Source of the DNA: Craspedostauros australis
Taxonomy: Eukaryota
Direction of reading: 5' to 3'
Assembly (NCBI GenBank): GCA_030167865.1
Contig: JALAGF010006292.1
Span: 1 to 64,000, forward strand
DNA: 64,000 bases
Position numbers and translations under genes: made by a program. Within the stretch, counting starts at the first letter, position 1. Each line of letters opens with the position of its first letter. Positions 25,375 to 36,471 of this stretch are shown here, one piece after another. The notes beneath the pieces are model-generated. The model was given only the letters and a program-made list of their open reading frames with translations, was not told the DNA's origin and ran no database searches.

Positions 25375-25989
25375 TTATCCCCACCAACGCAGCAGGATGA
25401 AGAAGACGATGACGACGGACGCCGAAAGACCATACAGCATCATCTTCTGCTGCACAGCCCTTTGGCTCATCGACTGCACGATGCGCTTCGCACGGCCCGT
25501 CATCGATGTCACCTGATGGATGCGACCATGCGCCGATTGCAGGGTCTCTCGGTTGTGCGACAGCTCTTCCCCAATCTCCAGCGCGACCTGCTCCGTCTCC
25601 TCCATGACCTTGCGCGCATTGTCCAACCTCGAGTTTTGCTGCTCCAGCATATCCTGCTGGTCCATCAACCGCTGGCGGTGAGCGGAAGAGCCACCGCCGG
25701 ACTGCCGGCTGCCGCCCAGGAGAGACTGCCGGTCGCGCTCGTCCTTGTAGGACTGCAGCTCCGACTTGTACCCGCGCACTTGCTGCAGCAGATCCCGCTT
25801 CAGAGACGAGTCCGACACGCTGCGTGCCTCCAGCGCCATCTGCTGCAGCAGCTCGTCGCATTGCATGATGAGCGCCTCCGTGTGCACAGTGCCATCCTCG
25901 TCGCTCTGCTGCAGGCTCGCTTGCACTTGCTGCGTCAGCGACTTGAATTCCTCATCGTAGCGTTGGAATGGCAGGTAAGAATGGGCCAT
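25375..25989 (-). CDS. VTI1: Qb-SNARE, vesicle transport v-SNARE VTI1
   Basis: Habc-like N-terminus (FQRYDEEF...LLQQMALEAR), SNARE motif (ETEQVALEIGEELSHNRETL) and a C-terminal TM anchor; 204 aa, single exon. Confidence 0.92.
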   Translation of the reverse strand: MAHSYLPFQRYDEEFKSLTQQVQASLQQSDEDGTVHTEALIMQCDELLQQMALEARSVSDSSLKRDLLQQVRGYKSELQSYKDERDRQSLLGGSRQSGGGSSAHRQRLMDQQDMLEQQNSRLDNARKVMEETEQVALEIGEELSHNRETLQSAHGRIHQVTSMTGRAKRIVQSMSQRAVQQKMMLYGLSASVVIVFFILLRWWG

Positions 25990-26657
25990 CGTGTTCGTGC
26001 TCGTCTTGTTATCCTTTCTGGTTGAATGTAACGTATTATATAAATAATAGGAATGCTATACGCGTAGGCTGGAGTGGAATAGAATAGCAATATCGCAGTG
26101 CTTTGGATTGCTTTGCTTTGCCCTGCTCTGTTTTCAACGGTTCTGTTCGTGCGTTCGTGCGTTCGTCTGATCGTCTGCTTTCTTGTTGCTCGGCTGGCTA
26201 TTCGGGTGCTTTCTTCAACAGAACACTTGAGTTGTCTCTGGCTCTACCAGAAGTGAAGTGAAGTTGTGTGGTGTGGTACAGGTATCGCAGATGTCGGAGG
26301 TTGGGAACATCTCTGTTGGTAATTGTGTTGGTCGTGGGTCGTGCTGCGAGCCGCAATGACGATGACGATGGTGGCGGTCATCGTCGGCCACGCCTGTTGT
26401 CTTGTTGTTGTTGCGGTTTGGCGCGGACGGTTTTCGCTGTTATTCGTCTTTTGGGTCGTGCGGTCAATCGAAAACGGGATTGGGCCATTCGAAAGTAATC
26501 GAAATCTACCCGAATCAAAGCTAGAGATTGGAACTAATACTATGACAAGAATGCCGCCAACTTCGAATCAACACGAAAGAGACATGGCAACCTACGCTAT
26601 GTGGACTCACACCGAAACGAGTCCTACATACCACTCGATGAATTGGATTGATATGCT

Positions 26658-29600
26658 CTAATCCATCAAGAATTGACGCTGTTGGTCTGCGAGCTCCTGG
26701 GCCTTGCGACGTTTTGCGATGGCCTCCTTCTTGTCTCTCAAATCGGTTGCCATCTTCGCGGTGTCCTTGTCCTGCTCTTGTTTCTCGAACACGGCCTTCG
26801 CTGCGGGAAGCAGCAGCTTCAGCAACCGGTCCACGGCCTTGGGGCCGTTTCCAAAGTCCTTCACCACGAAGCGGGGGTACTGCTCGATGTCCACATCCTC
26901 GAACTTCTTGATTTGGTACGCGGATGAAATCTCCTTCATGGCCTCGATCTCTTCTTGATCCAGCGCGTCCCAGTTGTCGGCATCCTCGTTCATGGACGGG
27001 TCTTCCAAAAGCGCTTTCAGGTCGATCTTCGTACCTCCCACGACCTGCTGGTCATCCCCGGACAGCGTCAGACGTCCCGGGAAGACGGCGTCCAGTCCCT
27101 TGGTTGGAACGCCTCGTGGAAGCAGCGGGATGATCATGGCCCAGTGACGCGGTCGGAGTCCTGGAGAACGCAAGGCACAGTCGAATGTACCGTCCTCGTT
27201 CTCCACAAGACCCACCAGATCGATACCAAGTCGCCGAGTGCAGGCGTGCAAATGAAGCGTCTTCAATCGCACTTGGAGGGAAGGTGGCAACGGGCCATGA
27301 TTCTGCTTCCACGAGTTCGTCAGATCCACCAAACTGCTCGTGTTCTCGGCCAGACGGGCCTTCGTCTCTTCCGCACGGCGCACCAACGGATCTGGAATGA
27401 AGGACCTCGGGATTTGGAACGCCTGCACGCTCACCAGGTCGCCCTTCTTGTTCTTCTTGGTGACCCGCATGCTGCCCTGCTGGCCTGGCAGCAGGACGTT
27501 GGTACGTGGCACGAGCGGCAGATCGAGTCCGCGCAGCTGCCGGATGGACTTCTTGAGCATGCGCATGTACAGATCGAAACCAACCCTTGCGGCCATACCG
27601 CTTTGCTCGGTCCCCAGCAGACTTCCAGCTCCACGAATCTCGAGATCGCGATTGGCCACGTCGAAACCGGAACCCAATTCGTTCAACTCTCCGATGGCCT
27701 GCAGACGCAAGGCCGCTTGTTCTGTGACGGAGTCTTCGTTGTACAGGAAGTAGGCGTACGCTTGCTGGTCGGAACGTCCTACGCGCCCTCGCAGCTGGTA
27801 CAGAGTGGACATACCGAATGCCTGGCTGTTCTGGATGACAATTGTGTTGACGGTTGGGATATCCACTCCGTTCTCAATCACCGTCGTGGCAAGCAGAATG
27901 TCATGATTGCCTTCGGCGAACTGAGCAACGCTCTCTTCGGCACCATTGCGCGCCATGCGACCATGCGCGATGGCGATGCGAATACCTGGAAACAGACGGG
28001 CCAGCCTTTCTTGCGCATCGTCGATCATGGCGATTCTTGGCACGACGTAGTAGCATTGGCCGTTGCGGTCGAGCTCCAGTTGCACAGCCTCACGGATGAT
28101 GTCATCCTCGATGTTCTGGACGTAGCTGATGGTCGGTTTTCGCATGGGTGGGGGCGAGCGAATGGTGGAGGTGTCGCGAATGCCGCTGAGAGACATCTGC
28201 AAGGTTCTGGGGATGGGCGTGGCACTGAGCGTGAGCACGTCGATGCCGCTGCAAATCAGCTTCAGCCGTTCCTTCTGCTTGACTCCGAATCTCTGCTCCT
28301 CGTCGATGACGAGCAGGCCAAGGTCGTTAAATTTGATTTGGTTGGACAGGATCGCGTGGGTTCCGATAACCAGTTCAATCTCTCCGTTAGAAATGCTCTC
28401 ACGCAGCTCCCTGGCCTTCTTCGCACCCATCGATCCGCGTAGCAGAGCGATCTTGCGGGCGTGCTTCGTGCCTTCTCCCATCCGCTGTACGATGTTTTTG
28501 TAGTGCTGAGCCGCGAGAACTCCCGTTGGGGCCAGCAAGGCTGCTTGCCGACCGTTGGTGATGGAACGGAACAGGGCTCGTATGGCCACCTCAGTCTTTC
28601 CGAATCCAACATCTCCGCAAACCAGCCGATCCATCGGACGACTGCGCCACACCATGTCATTCTCGACGTCTTCGAAGCACTTCTGCTGATCCACCGTGGG
28701 TGTGTATTTGAAGCTCGTTTCGAAGTCCTTGACGATGTCCTCCTTGGTTGGATCGAACGGTTGACGTTGCAACGTTTCTCGGGTGGCGTACAGCGCGAGT
28801 ACGTCTTGGGCCAACGCCAGCGTATTCGCTTCCACCTTTTGCCTGGCCTTGCGCCATGTATCGCCCCTCACGCGCGATAGCCGTGGCTTGATGACGGCAT
28901 CGCCTGCTCGGTATCGGCTGATTCTGTAGGCACGCTCGACTGGAACATGGACGACGCCATCGGCGTACGAGATTTCAAGCACCGTCGTCTGAGGGTTGGA
29001 GATGGGGTCGGTATCCTCATCCGTTCCGAACTTCCCGCGGATGCGTTGAATGTAATCGGGGGTCACACCGCCGGAAATCTTCTTGAGTTCGCGTGTGAGG
29101 ATCTCCGCCCGTCGTGTGTCTTGTGCAGCTCTCTCTTCCTCCGTTAGCTTTCCCTTGGGTCGCCGGCAGGTCTTGTCGAATCGGCCGATTCCGAATTTGC
29201 GGTGGACGACGAAGTCGCCTGGGAAGACCTCGAGTTCCCAGCCTCCTGCGCTACCGACTCTCACTCCCTGAAGAGTGTCGCGAGACACGATCTTTCCATC
29301 CACGACGACAGTGTCTGCTGCCTCCGATTCACCATCCTCGACGCCATCGTTCTCATTTTCCATTGCGGCCCATTCATTTTCCAAGTCCTTGTCGACCTTG
29401 TTGTACCATCCGCTACTGCCTCGGCTTGTGCCGGCCACGATCTTGACGTCGCCGTTCTCATCAAAGATTGTATTCTCCGGAGCAGCCAGGATCTCAAGCT
29501 GAACGCCGGCCTGCGTGGCCAAATTCTGCTTGGCATCATTCTCGTCCTTGATCTGCTGCCGCATCTCAGCATCGACTTTGGCGATGTCTTCCTTGCTCTT

Positions 29601-30029
29601 GGCATCGGAAAACGCGCCCCATTTCTTCTTCCTTCGCTCCTCTCTCACCTTGTCGTTGTCCTCCTCCATCAACTCATCCAAGCGCTCCTTGCGACGCACG
29701 CGGTCGACATCGATGTCGTCGTCATCCTCCTCTTCAAATCCCCAGCTCACGCCGGAAACTTTCGAAGTCCCGAACTGAACGTTTACATCGCGCTGATTCG
29801 GATGGATGCCAGAAAGAGAAGTGAGGGACTGGCGTTTCCAGGCAGTGAGATCCTCACATTGATTTCCTGCCGCACGTTGTGGGGCATCGCAGTTTGTGCC
29901 GCGCGTTGATTTCATGGCGGCATCGCCGATCATCCATGGCTGCATGAATCCTCTTGATGTCGGAAGGGCCATCAGCATGATGATCTTCGTCAGAGCTGAC
30001 CATGGCTGCACGCATGGTCGTGGAGACAT
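26658..30029 (-). CDS. mfd: Transcription-repair coupling factor Mfd-like helicase, probably plastid-targeted
   Basis: CarD-like RID (PGDFVVHRKFGIGRF); SF2 motifs CGDVGFGKTEVA, DEEQRFGV, SATPIPRT and QLRGRVGR; TRG motif DLEIRGAGSLLGTEQSG. Signal-like N-terminus ending ...PTSRG/FMQP. Confidence 0.93.
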   Translation of the reverse strand: MSPRPCVQPWSALTKIIMLMALPTSRGFMQPWMIGDAAMKSTRGTNCDAPQRAAGNQCEDLTAWKRQSLTSLSGIHPNQRDVNVQFGTSKVSGVSWGFEEEDDDDIDVDRVRRKERLDELMEEDNDKVREERRKKKWGAFSDAKSKEDIAKVDAEMRQQIKDENDAKQNLATQAGVQLEILAAPENTIFDENGDVKIVAGTSRGSSGWYNKVDKDLENEWAAMENENDGVEDGESEAADTVVVDGKIVSRDTLQGVRVGSAGGWELEVFPGDFVVHRKFGIGRFDKTCRRPKGKLTEEERAAQDTRRAEILTRELKKISGGVTPDYIQRIRGKFGTDEDTDPISNPQTTVLEISYADGVVHVPVERAYRISRYRAGDAVIKPRLSRVRGDTWRKARQKVEANTLALAQDVLALYATRETLQRQPFDPTKEDIVKDFETSFKYTPTVDQQKCFEDVENDMVWRSRPMDRLVCGDVGFGKTEVAIRALFRSITNGRQAALLAPTGVLAAQHYKNIVQRMGEGTKHARKIALLRGSMGAKKARELRESISNGEIELVIGTHAILSNQIKFNDLGLLVIDEEQRFGVKQKERLKLICSGIDVLTLSATPIPRTLQMSLSGIRDTSTIRSPPPMRKPTISYVQNIEDDIIREAVQLELDRNGQCYYVVPRIAMIDDAQERLARLFPGIRIAIAHGRMARNGAEESVAQFAEGNHDILLATTVIENGVDIPTVNTIVIQNSQAFGMSTLYQLRGRVGRSDQQAYAYFLYNEDSVTEQAALRLQAIGELNELGSGFDVANRDLEIRGAGSLLGTEQSGMAARVGFDLYMRMLKKSIRQLRGLDLPLVPRTNVLLPGQQGSMRVTKKNKKGDLVSVQAFQIPRSFIPDPLVRRAEETKARLAENTSSLVDLTNSWKQNHGPLPPSLQVRLKTLHLHACTRRLGIDLVGLVENEDGTFDCALRSPGLRPRHWAMIIPLLPRGVPTKGLDAVFPGRLTLSGDDQQVVGGTKIDLKALLEDPSMNEDADNWDALDQEEIEAMKEISSAYQIKKFEDVDIEQYPRFVVKDFGNGPKAVDRLLKLLLPAAKAVFEKQEQDKDTAKMATDLRDKKEAIAKRRKAQELADQQRQFLMD

Positions 30030-30915
30030 GTTGGCCGTTCGTTGATGCTCTGTGGCTTGGAAGATGGACTAGCACAAGTACTTGTATTCGTACCGCGCAA
30101 TACTCCTGGCGTGGTACGAGGGTTGATGGACACCTCCTGACGTTGTTCCACCAGAGGGACGTCTACGGCAGCTCCGTCTTGGATTGGAGTAGAGTAGAGT
30201 GCTCTGGGGGAGGGGGGAAGGGGTCTGTTGTATTATATTATATTCTATAATATAATATGTACTCGTAGATTGCTTGTGAAGCACACGCAGCCAAGAAAGT
30301 GATGGTGACGGAGACTGTTGGGTGATGCTCGGTGTTGTGTTGGGTGATGATGGCTGTTGCGTTGTTGTTCTGCACCACAGAACAAACACATCGCTCCTCC
30401 CACCGTTGAGGTTCTTGGTGGCGAAATCTTGGAAGGTGTCATGGGTGTGATTGGTCCGGAGACGAAGACGAAAAAGTCTTTTCCGCGTCGGTCCATCCAT
30501 CCGGCACGCAACAATCCGGAAGTTAGTCCCGAGTTTGATAGTCATACGTGACTGACTAGCCAGAGAAATGCATAGTTCGTAGGATGGGAGCAGTATGTGG
30601 AGGTTGGAAGGCAGGTCAACTCTTGACTTCGAAGGACGACAGAAGTTGATCAAACAAGCGAAATGCACTAATCTACGACTTATTTCAGTATCTTTCTCAT
30701 CTAATGGCCCGAACGTGCGATTTGAAGTGCGACTCTTGCCTACGATCGTGTACATTCACAGATTTATGTGCGTGTACGCGTACGGGTACGTTTTGACGTG
30801 CGGATGGTGATGTTAGTTGCCTCTCTTGTTCGTCTTTCATTTGCTTGTTTCGGCTGTGGGTCCTGTATTGTGTGTACCAATACGAGCCACGGATATCCCG
30901 TCATTGTGGGACGGT

Positions 30916-33900
30916 TCAATCATCGAGAGACTCGTCATCGCTGTCAGACTCATCTGGTACTCCAAGCCAGTGCTTGACAATTGAGAAGCCGACCTTGGAT
31001 GACATGTCCAAGTGATGCAAAAGCTCATCGGCGTCCTTGGTGAGGTCGTAGTAGGAGAATGGACGTTCGGGATCATTCCTGTTGAACCATTCATGTCGCG
31101 GAACATCAAATTTTAGTGAATCGGCGCATATGCATCAACATGGGTGTAGCCAGGTGGGCGACGTTGATTCGAAGTACGAGGATAGGCATGACGAATGCGT
31201 GTGATGGGAGCGGTGATGAAGGTTGGCAATCGAAGATGGTGGTGAGTTTTTTTTTTGGCAATGGACAAGCAGTAGAACAATAAACTTTGAATGTGAACAC
31301 GAAGAAGAGCAAAGCGCATCTTCTGGCGGACGAAGTCCTCCAGTGATTCTCAGGAACAGCCAGCCAGCAGCAGTAGCGGTAGCAGTAACCGCTGCAATAT
31401 TGACGGTCGCATTTGTCTTGCCACCCGCGTCAGGCAGACGTACCAATCGTAAAGTTCTTCATCAATGACATCGCTGTCGGCGGCAAGGAGTGGATACGAA
31501 AACATGGCGGACTCCACCTGTGGGATGTATGCGTTGATGGACGGGACCTGGCTGAAAGGAATCCCCATATCGTCACCAACACTCTTTGAATTTTGGGCAT
31601 GCAAGGGAGCGTATCATACCATACCACAATTTGAAGGTGGCGACAGCATTGTGTATTCGTAGATGTTGGTGAGAAAAATGTTCGAATCACAATGATGATG
31701 ATCATGATGTGATAGTTGTGGCGAATGAAAGACACAAGCGACGAGTAGGAAAGGCGAGTCTCGCGGAGTGTGAGTTTAAATCGAGGAGCGACCGCGTAGG
31801 AGTGGGATGATGACTGTCTGCAACATCATGGACACAGGAATGGGCAATCTCCAACCGCCATTTTGTAAATGTCTCGCCCTGCACATAATACTGTCACGGA
31901 ACACTTTGCACTACTCACCTTGTAGCTTGAGCGGAACAGGCTCAACCATCCCTTCAACCATCCCAGGAAGAATACGAAGGCGACGACACCGCTGACGGCG
32001 ACGGTGGACCAACCGTAGATGAATGTAATCGTCTCCTGCTCTTCCGTCATCCATCGGTCTTCGCCCTGCTTCGAAGGAATGAATGGGAATCCAGGCGAGG
32101 CCAGAGTTCCTGAGCCGATGAGATTCTGTCGACAGTACCGGTAGTCGGTGTCGTCAGCCACGATGCTGACTTGATGGGTGTCCCCGTTTTTCGCAGTGAT
32201 GGTGTAATCACCGACATAGGAACTGCTAACAACAGTGTCGTTCTGGCACAAGTTGTCGTATGGGAATCCAGACCAGTAGTACGACGACAGGACCGCCATG
32301 GCAACGCATGCCAGAGAGAAGAAGTATCGTCGGCTGAACTTGGAGACATCGGTACCGAGATGTGGCGGGCGCTTCCATGTTCTCATCAAACTGAAGCGAT
32401 CAACATAGTAACTGATGAACCTGCTCGTACATTGGCGAGGTGGAAAGTGATTGTGGAGCGTGGATACCAAACGTGCATTCGTGACAGGCCAATACAGACG
32501 ACCATGTGTTGTGGGGAATATGTAGAGTATTCCACGTCGCACCATACATTGTGTTGTGTATTGCATTGCGTTGTAACATCGGTATGTTGGTTGGAACGGC
32601 CGTGTTAGACATGCGATGGGGACATGTTTTGTTGGAAAGGGAAAAAAAAACACATGAGGACGGATCATGCGTAGAGGACAATGAGTTTAATGCACAGAAG
32701 AATGAGTAAATTAATGAAGCGATCGAATGAAGCATCAACCCAAGTCTCGATGCGAAGTCAGGAGACGACGAAGCAATCTGGCCGTCCATATCATGCACAG
32801 AGTACTTACAATGCGATCGAGCAAAGGAAGAATGCGCCAGGGAACAAGGCACAGTACCACAGCGCCAAGAACAGGAGCTTTGTCATGTTTGTGTAGCTGT
32901 CAGCCGTTGGAGGCGTTCAGAGAGCGTTTGCAGGTGGATGTAAGACGTCAACAAAGAGCAAATGGATGAGTGAGTGGTGGACTGTACCGTGCATACATAG
33001 ATGTCGATGGTGCACTGACTCGTGAGGTGTTTCGGGAAGAGTTGGGCAACGCCAACTTCATCTGATAAACAAGCAAACAAACGAGTGCGGCGATGTACGA
33101 ATACAAGCCCACACGTCCAACACCGGCTGCGCTTGTCATTTGATACTGGGGATACGTTTCTTGGCGGCGATGCAGCTAGATGGTCGACCAGTTGAACCAC
33201 TCCTATCCACGCGGGATGGTATCAACCATTCTACATGTGCACACATTTGTACGTACCGTTCAGCAAGCTCGAAGGCTTCCCCTTGGAACATGAGATTCAT
33301 GGCATCCTGCGAGGTGGCACGAGGCGCGAGCAAGTGACGGTTAATGTGCCCCGTTGGGTCCGCCAACTGGAGACTGTTGGTCGTGACGATATCAGCGAAG
33401 AACAATGCAGCAGCCTGCACGGCCACACCGTCATCTCCACAAATGGTGTCCGTGAAGGGTGTGATGATCGTGATGACGAAGGCAGTGTTGACCCAGCGGA
33501 ATGCGGCAATCTTGAAGTACAGCGACGTTTGTTTGCTGCCCTCTGCTCCGTGCGCCTCCATGTCCGTGAGTGCTTTGGCGAGCATGGGGAAGATGACGTT
33601 GGCACCAGAGATGGCGAACGCCGAACCGAAAGTTGAGATATGGTTCGCAATGTTGACGAGGAACACAACAGCAACAATGGCGAGCACCGTGCACACACAA
33701 GTCAAGAACTGCTGCTTGAGACGGTCCTTGTATCCGGCGTTGAGGTCTTGCCAGCGGATCGTGTTGGGTTCATCCGGTTCATCGACCATGAGGACCTTGT
33801 TGCCGCGGAAGAGGTACTTGGGATCCTTCAAGGCGCGGCGGTTGTTGCGAGAAGCTGTGAGAGAGCCGACGCTGAGCTTGGAGAGTACTTTGCGCTGATC

Positions 33901-35727
33901 TGCTTCAGTCTCGAAGATGAGAAAGACCCGGGTGACGGGGTAATCGAGCTGGGCCAGCCCTTGCACCTTGGCATCTAGGGCGACTAGACGATCGAACTGC
34001 TCCGGTATTCCACTCACGAATAGGGACATGATTTTTTTAAATCCCTTGCGATCACGCTCCTCCTCTGTTGCGATGCGTGCCAGGTTGAGCACGTCGAGGG
34101 ATGTTCCAGGTTCCAACGTGTACTGCAGCTTGCGAAGCAACTCTCTTCGCTCGACAAGGGTCCGGACCAAGATGTCATTGTCGACGGCGACGGTACAGAC
34201 CGTGACTCGCGCATCGCAGGCCTTTTTGAAGAACTGCTTCCACTCGTCTGGATCGTTGGCATCCTCCGGTGGGTTTTCAACGACCACGGCGTAGTCCTGA
34301 GCAGTCTGCTCATCTTCGTCGAATTCAACTTCTTGCTTGCGCAGGTAGGCCGAGAGGAGCATGGTGCTGATGAGAACCACGATCATGGTGATGTAGTTGA
34401 CAAGTCCAAGGCGCTCAGTGACCTCGCAGTTGTTCTTGAGGGCAAATGGAAGACCTGTCTCGTTCGAGAATGCGCAGCGCGAGGCAGTGAACTGATACGC
34501 ATCTGCGGCGCAGTCGCAATCCGGGCACGGCACCCAGGTCCGGTCGCTGCAGATGGCGGATCCTTCCACGAGGAACGGCAAGCTGTGCACGTCCAACGAG
34601 GCATCGCTGTAGTCGGAGCTTGCGAAGTAGATCATGTTCGGAAGATTGATGCAGCCTGCAATGAAGGTGATCATCGCAATACCACGGAGGGTGGAGAAAT
34701 ACAGGCCGAGACCCAAACCGAAGTCTCCCAGCTGTCGTCGGCGTCGTCGTCATCATCGTTTGCACCGTTGATGTTGCATGTCGCAGAGGGGGTCATTTTT
34801 GTTGCCGTTGTCGTTGCCGTTGTCGTGCAGTAGGATGTTGAGCATTTGTTTGTTTGTTGATTGTTTGTTGGAGTGTTGGCGTATGGATCCGGGGATCGGG
34901 AGGTCAGACGGAGTCCGATGACCGACGATCGAGGATGGGATCACCAAGCACATGGAACAGGGGAGGAAGAAAGAGAGATGGGTGAGCGAGGAGGCTACAA
35001 CGTTGAAGGAAGTTGGCAGGAGAACAAACCGCACGAGCGGCGCAGCAATCACGAAAGCAAGCCGCCATTCTTCGCAGCTTCGGCATTCATCGAGATTCAT
35101 CAGCGTGGCGACATGACGTTGACTTACCTGGGAATGAGGGGTTGCAAAGGGCGCGTAGAGTTTTGTCGGAACCGTCTTCTCGCCTGGTTCTGCCCGATCC
35201 AGCTGGTCGACACCGGTAGAAAGGGTCTTTCGCAGCGTCCGTGCCACGAAGCTCTTGCGGTTGTTCGTGTTGGGATCCACGATGTATCGGCTGAGCGCCA
35301 CGTGCTCGAAGTATGCCCAGGCTCTCTCCAGAGACGGTTTCTCCACGTGGGCCGTGAGAGGCTGGCCATGCGCCGACAGCGACGAGAGCATCTCATCGTC
35401 GCCGGCTTCTGATGTCTTGCCCTCCTCGCCGGCTGCCGGGTTGTACCACTTCTTGCTCATCATCGACAGGGCGATGCGGCGGCCGTAGGTCATCTCGCTG
35501 GGATGGTCGTTGAGGAAGTCGATGTTTCTGCGGGACCTGCCACCGACAGCGCCGTAGTTTGCCGACCCAGGCTGCCCGTTGGTGTCCCCGTCCGCCCCAT
35601 CATCGCTGCGCGCATCGTAGTACCCGCTGAACAGGATGGAGGCCTCCTCCGGATTCGTGACGATCTCCTCGCTCATCAAGGTGCGACCGCTGGGCCTCTG
35701 TCTTCGTTTGCTGCCTGCTGCACCCAT
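30916..35727 (-). CDS. OSCA/CSC1/TMEM63-like multi-pass membrane protein; exons 35727-35128, 34731-33257, 32896-32810, 32420-31919, 31583-31444, 31078-30916
   Basis: GLGLYFSTLR, DEDEQTAQDYAVVVENPP, EPDEPNTIRWQDL (OSCA-type APEPxDIxWxNL) and SYYVDRFSLMR, with many TM segments. Six exons join in frame (one AAG acceptor). The MGAAGS start is a possible N-myristoylation site. Confidence 0.8.
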
Positions 35728-36471
35728 GGAAGGCAAATGTCGAATATGAGCAATGGGGTTACTCTCTCTCTCTCTCTCTCTCTCTGTGTGTCTGTGTGAG
35801 TGTCTTTCCAAGGTCTGGTTCGGCAGAGTGGGAAATGGACCTTGCCAGCTGTGCCAATTGATTTTTGTGTCTTTGTTCTTGGTGGTCTCTGTGTTGCCAA
35901 AGTGGGGGCATTGGCGCAATCAAGATCTCTCTCGAGCAATTTCGGTGATCCTTCCGTCGTGGATTTTCACGAGATCTTCCCCCCTTGCGTGTGTTGTGTT
36001 GTCTGTGCGTTTCTGCGTAAGGCTTGTCATCAACATCAACATCAACACGGATCCATCTCGTGAGCTCAACATCACACGCGATCAGCACCACTTCCGGTTC
36101 TCCGTCCACTTCCGATCTTTTCGTTGGCAGCAACACGGTCTTGGCGTCAGTGAACTGTCGAGTGTGCTTGTTTCACGATCTGCGGCGTCAGTCGTTCTGT
36201 CGTCTCGGCCACAAATCGCGCACAACTATTTTGTCGTTGGGGCTTCGCCAGTACTTCTTCAAATTCGCTTGCATCACGACTGGGAAATACAATGCCCGTT
36301 TGCAAGAATACGACATGCTTGTGACGTGATGTGTTTTTGCGCAAACTGTTCGACGAATCACATTCGCACTTGTACACTCTCTCTAGTCTCGAGGGAGAGA
36401 GTACCATACTCTACTTGTGCGAGTGAAGAGAGAGAGAGAGAGAGAGCGACTCTACTTCACATAGTACTCTA

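Noticed and set aside
24870..25433. 187-aa ORF overlapping the VTI1 3' end
   Set aside because: No domain, and it overlaps VTI1 in another frame; probably 3'UTR.
26955..28442. 495-aa plus-strand ORF (also 46497-47678, 48064-48996, 52971-53924 and 58504-59682)
   Set aside because: Antisense shadows of GC3-rich genes with no recognisable motifs.
26658..30029. Mfd as bacterial contamination or recent HGT
   Set aside because: It has a targeting-like presequence, host-like composition and intron-containing eukaryotic neighbours.
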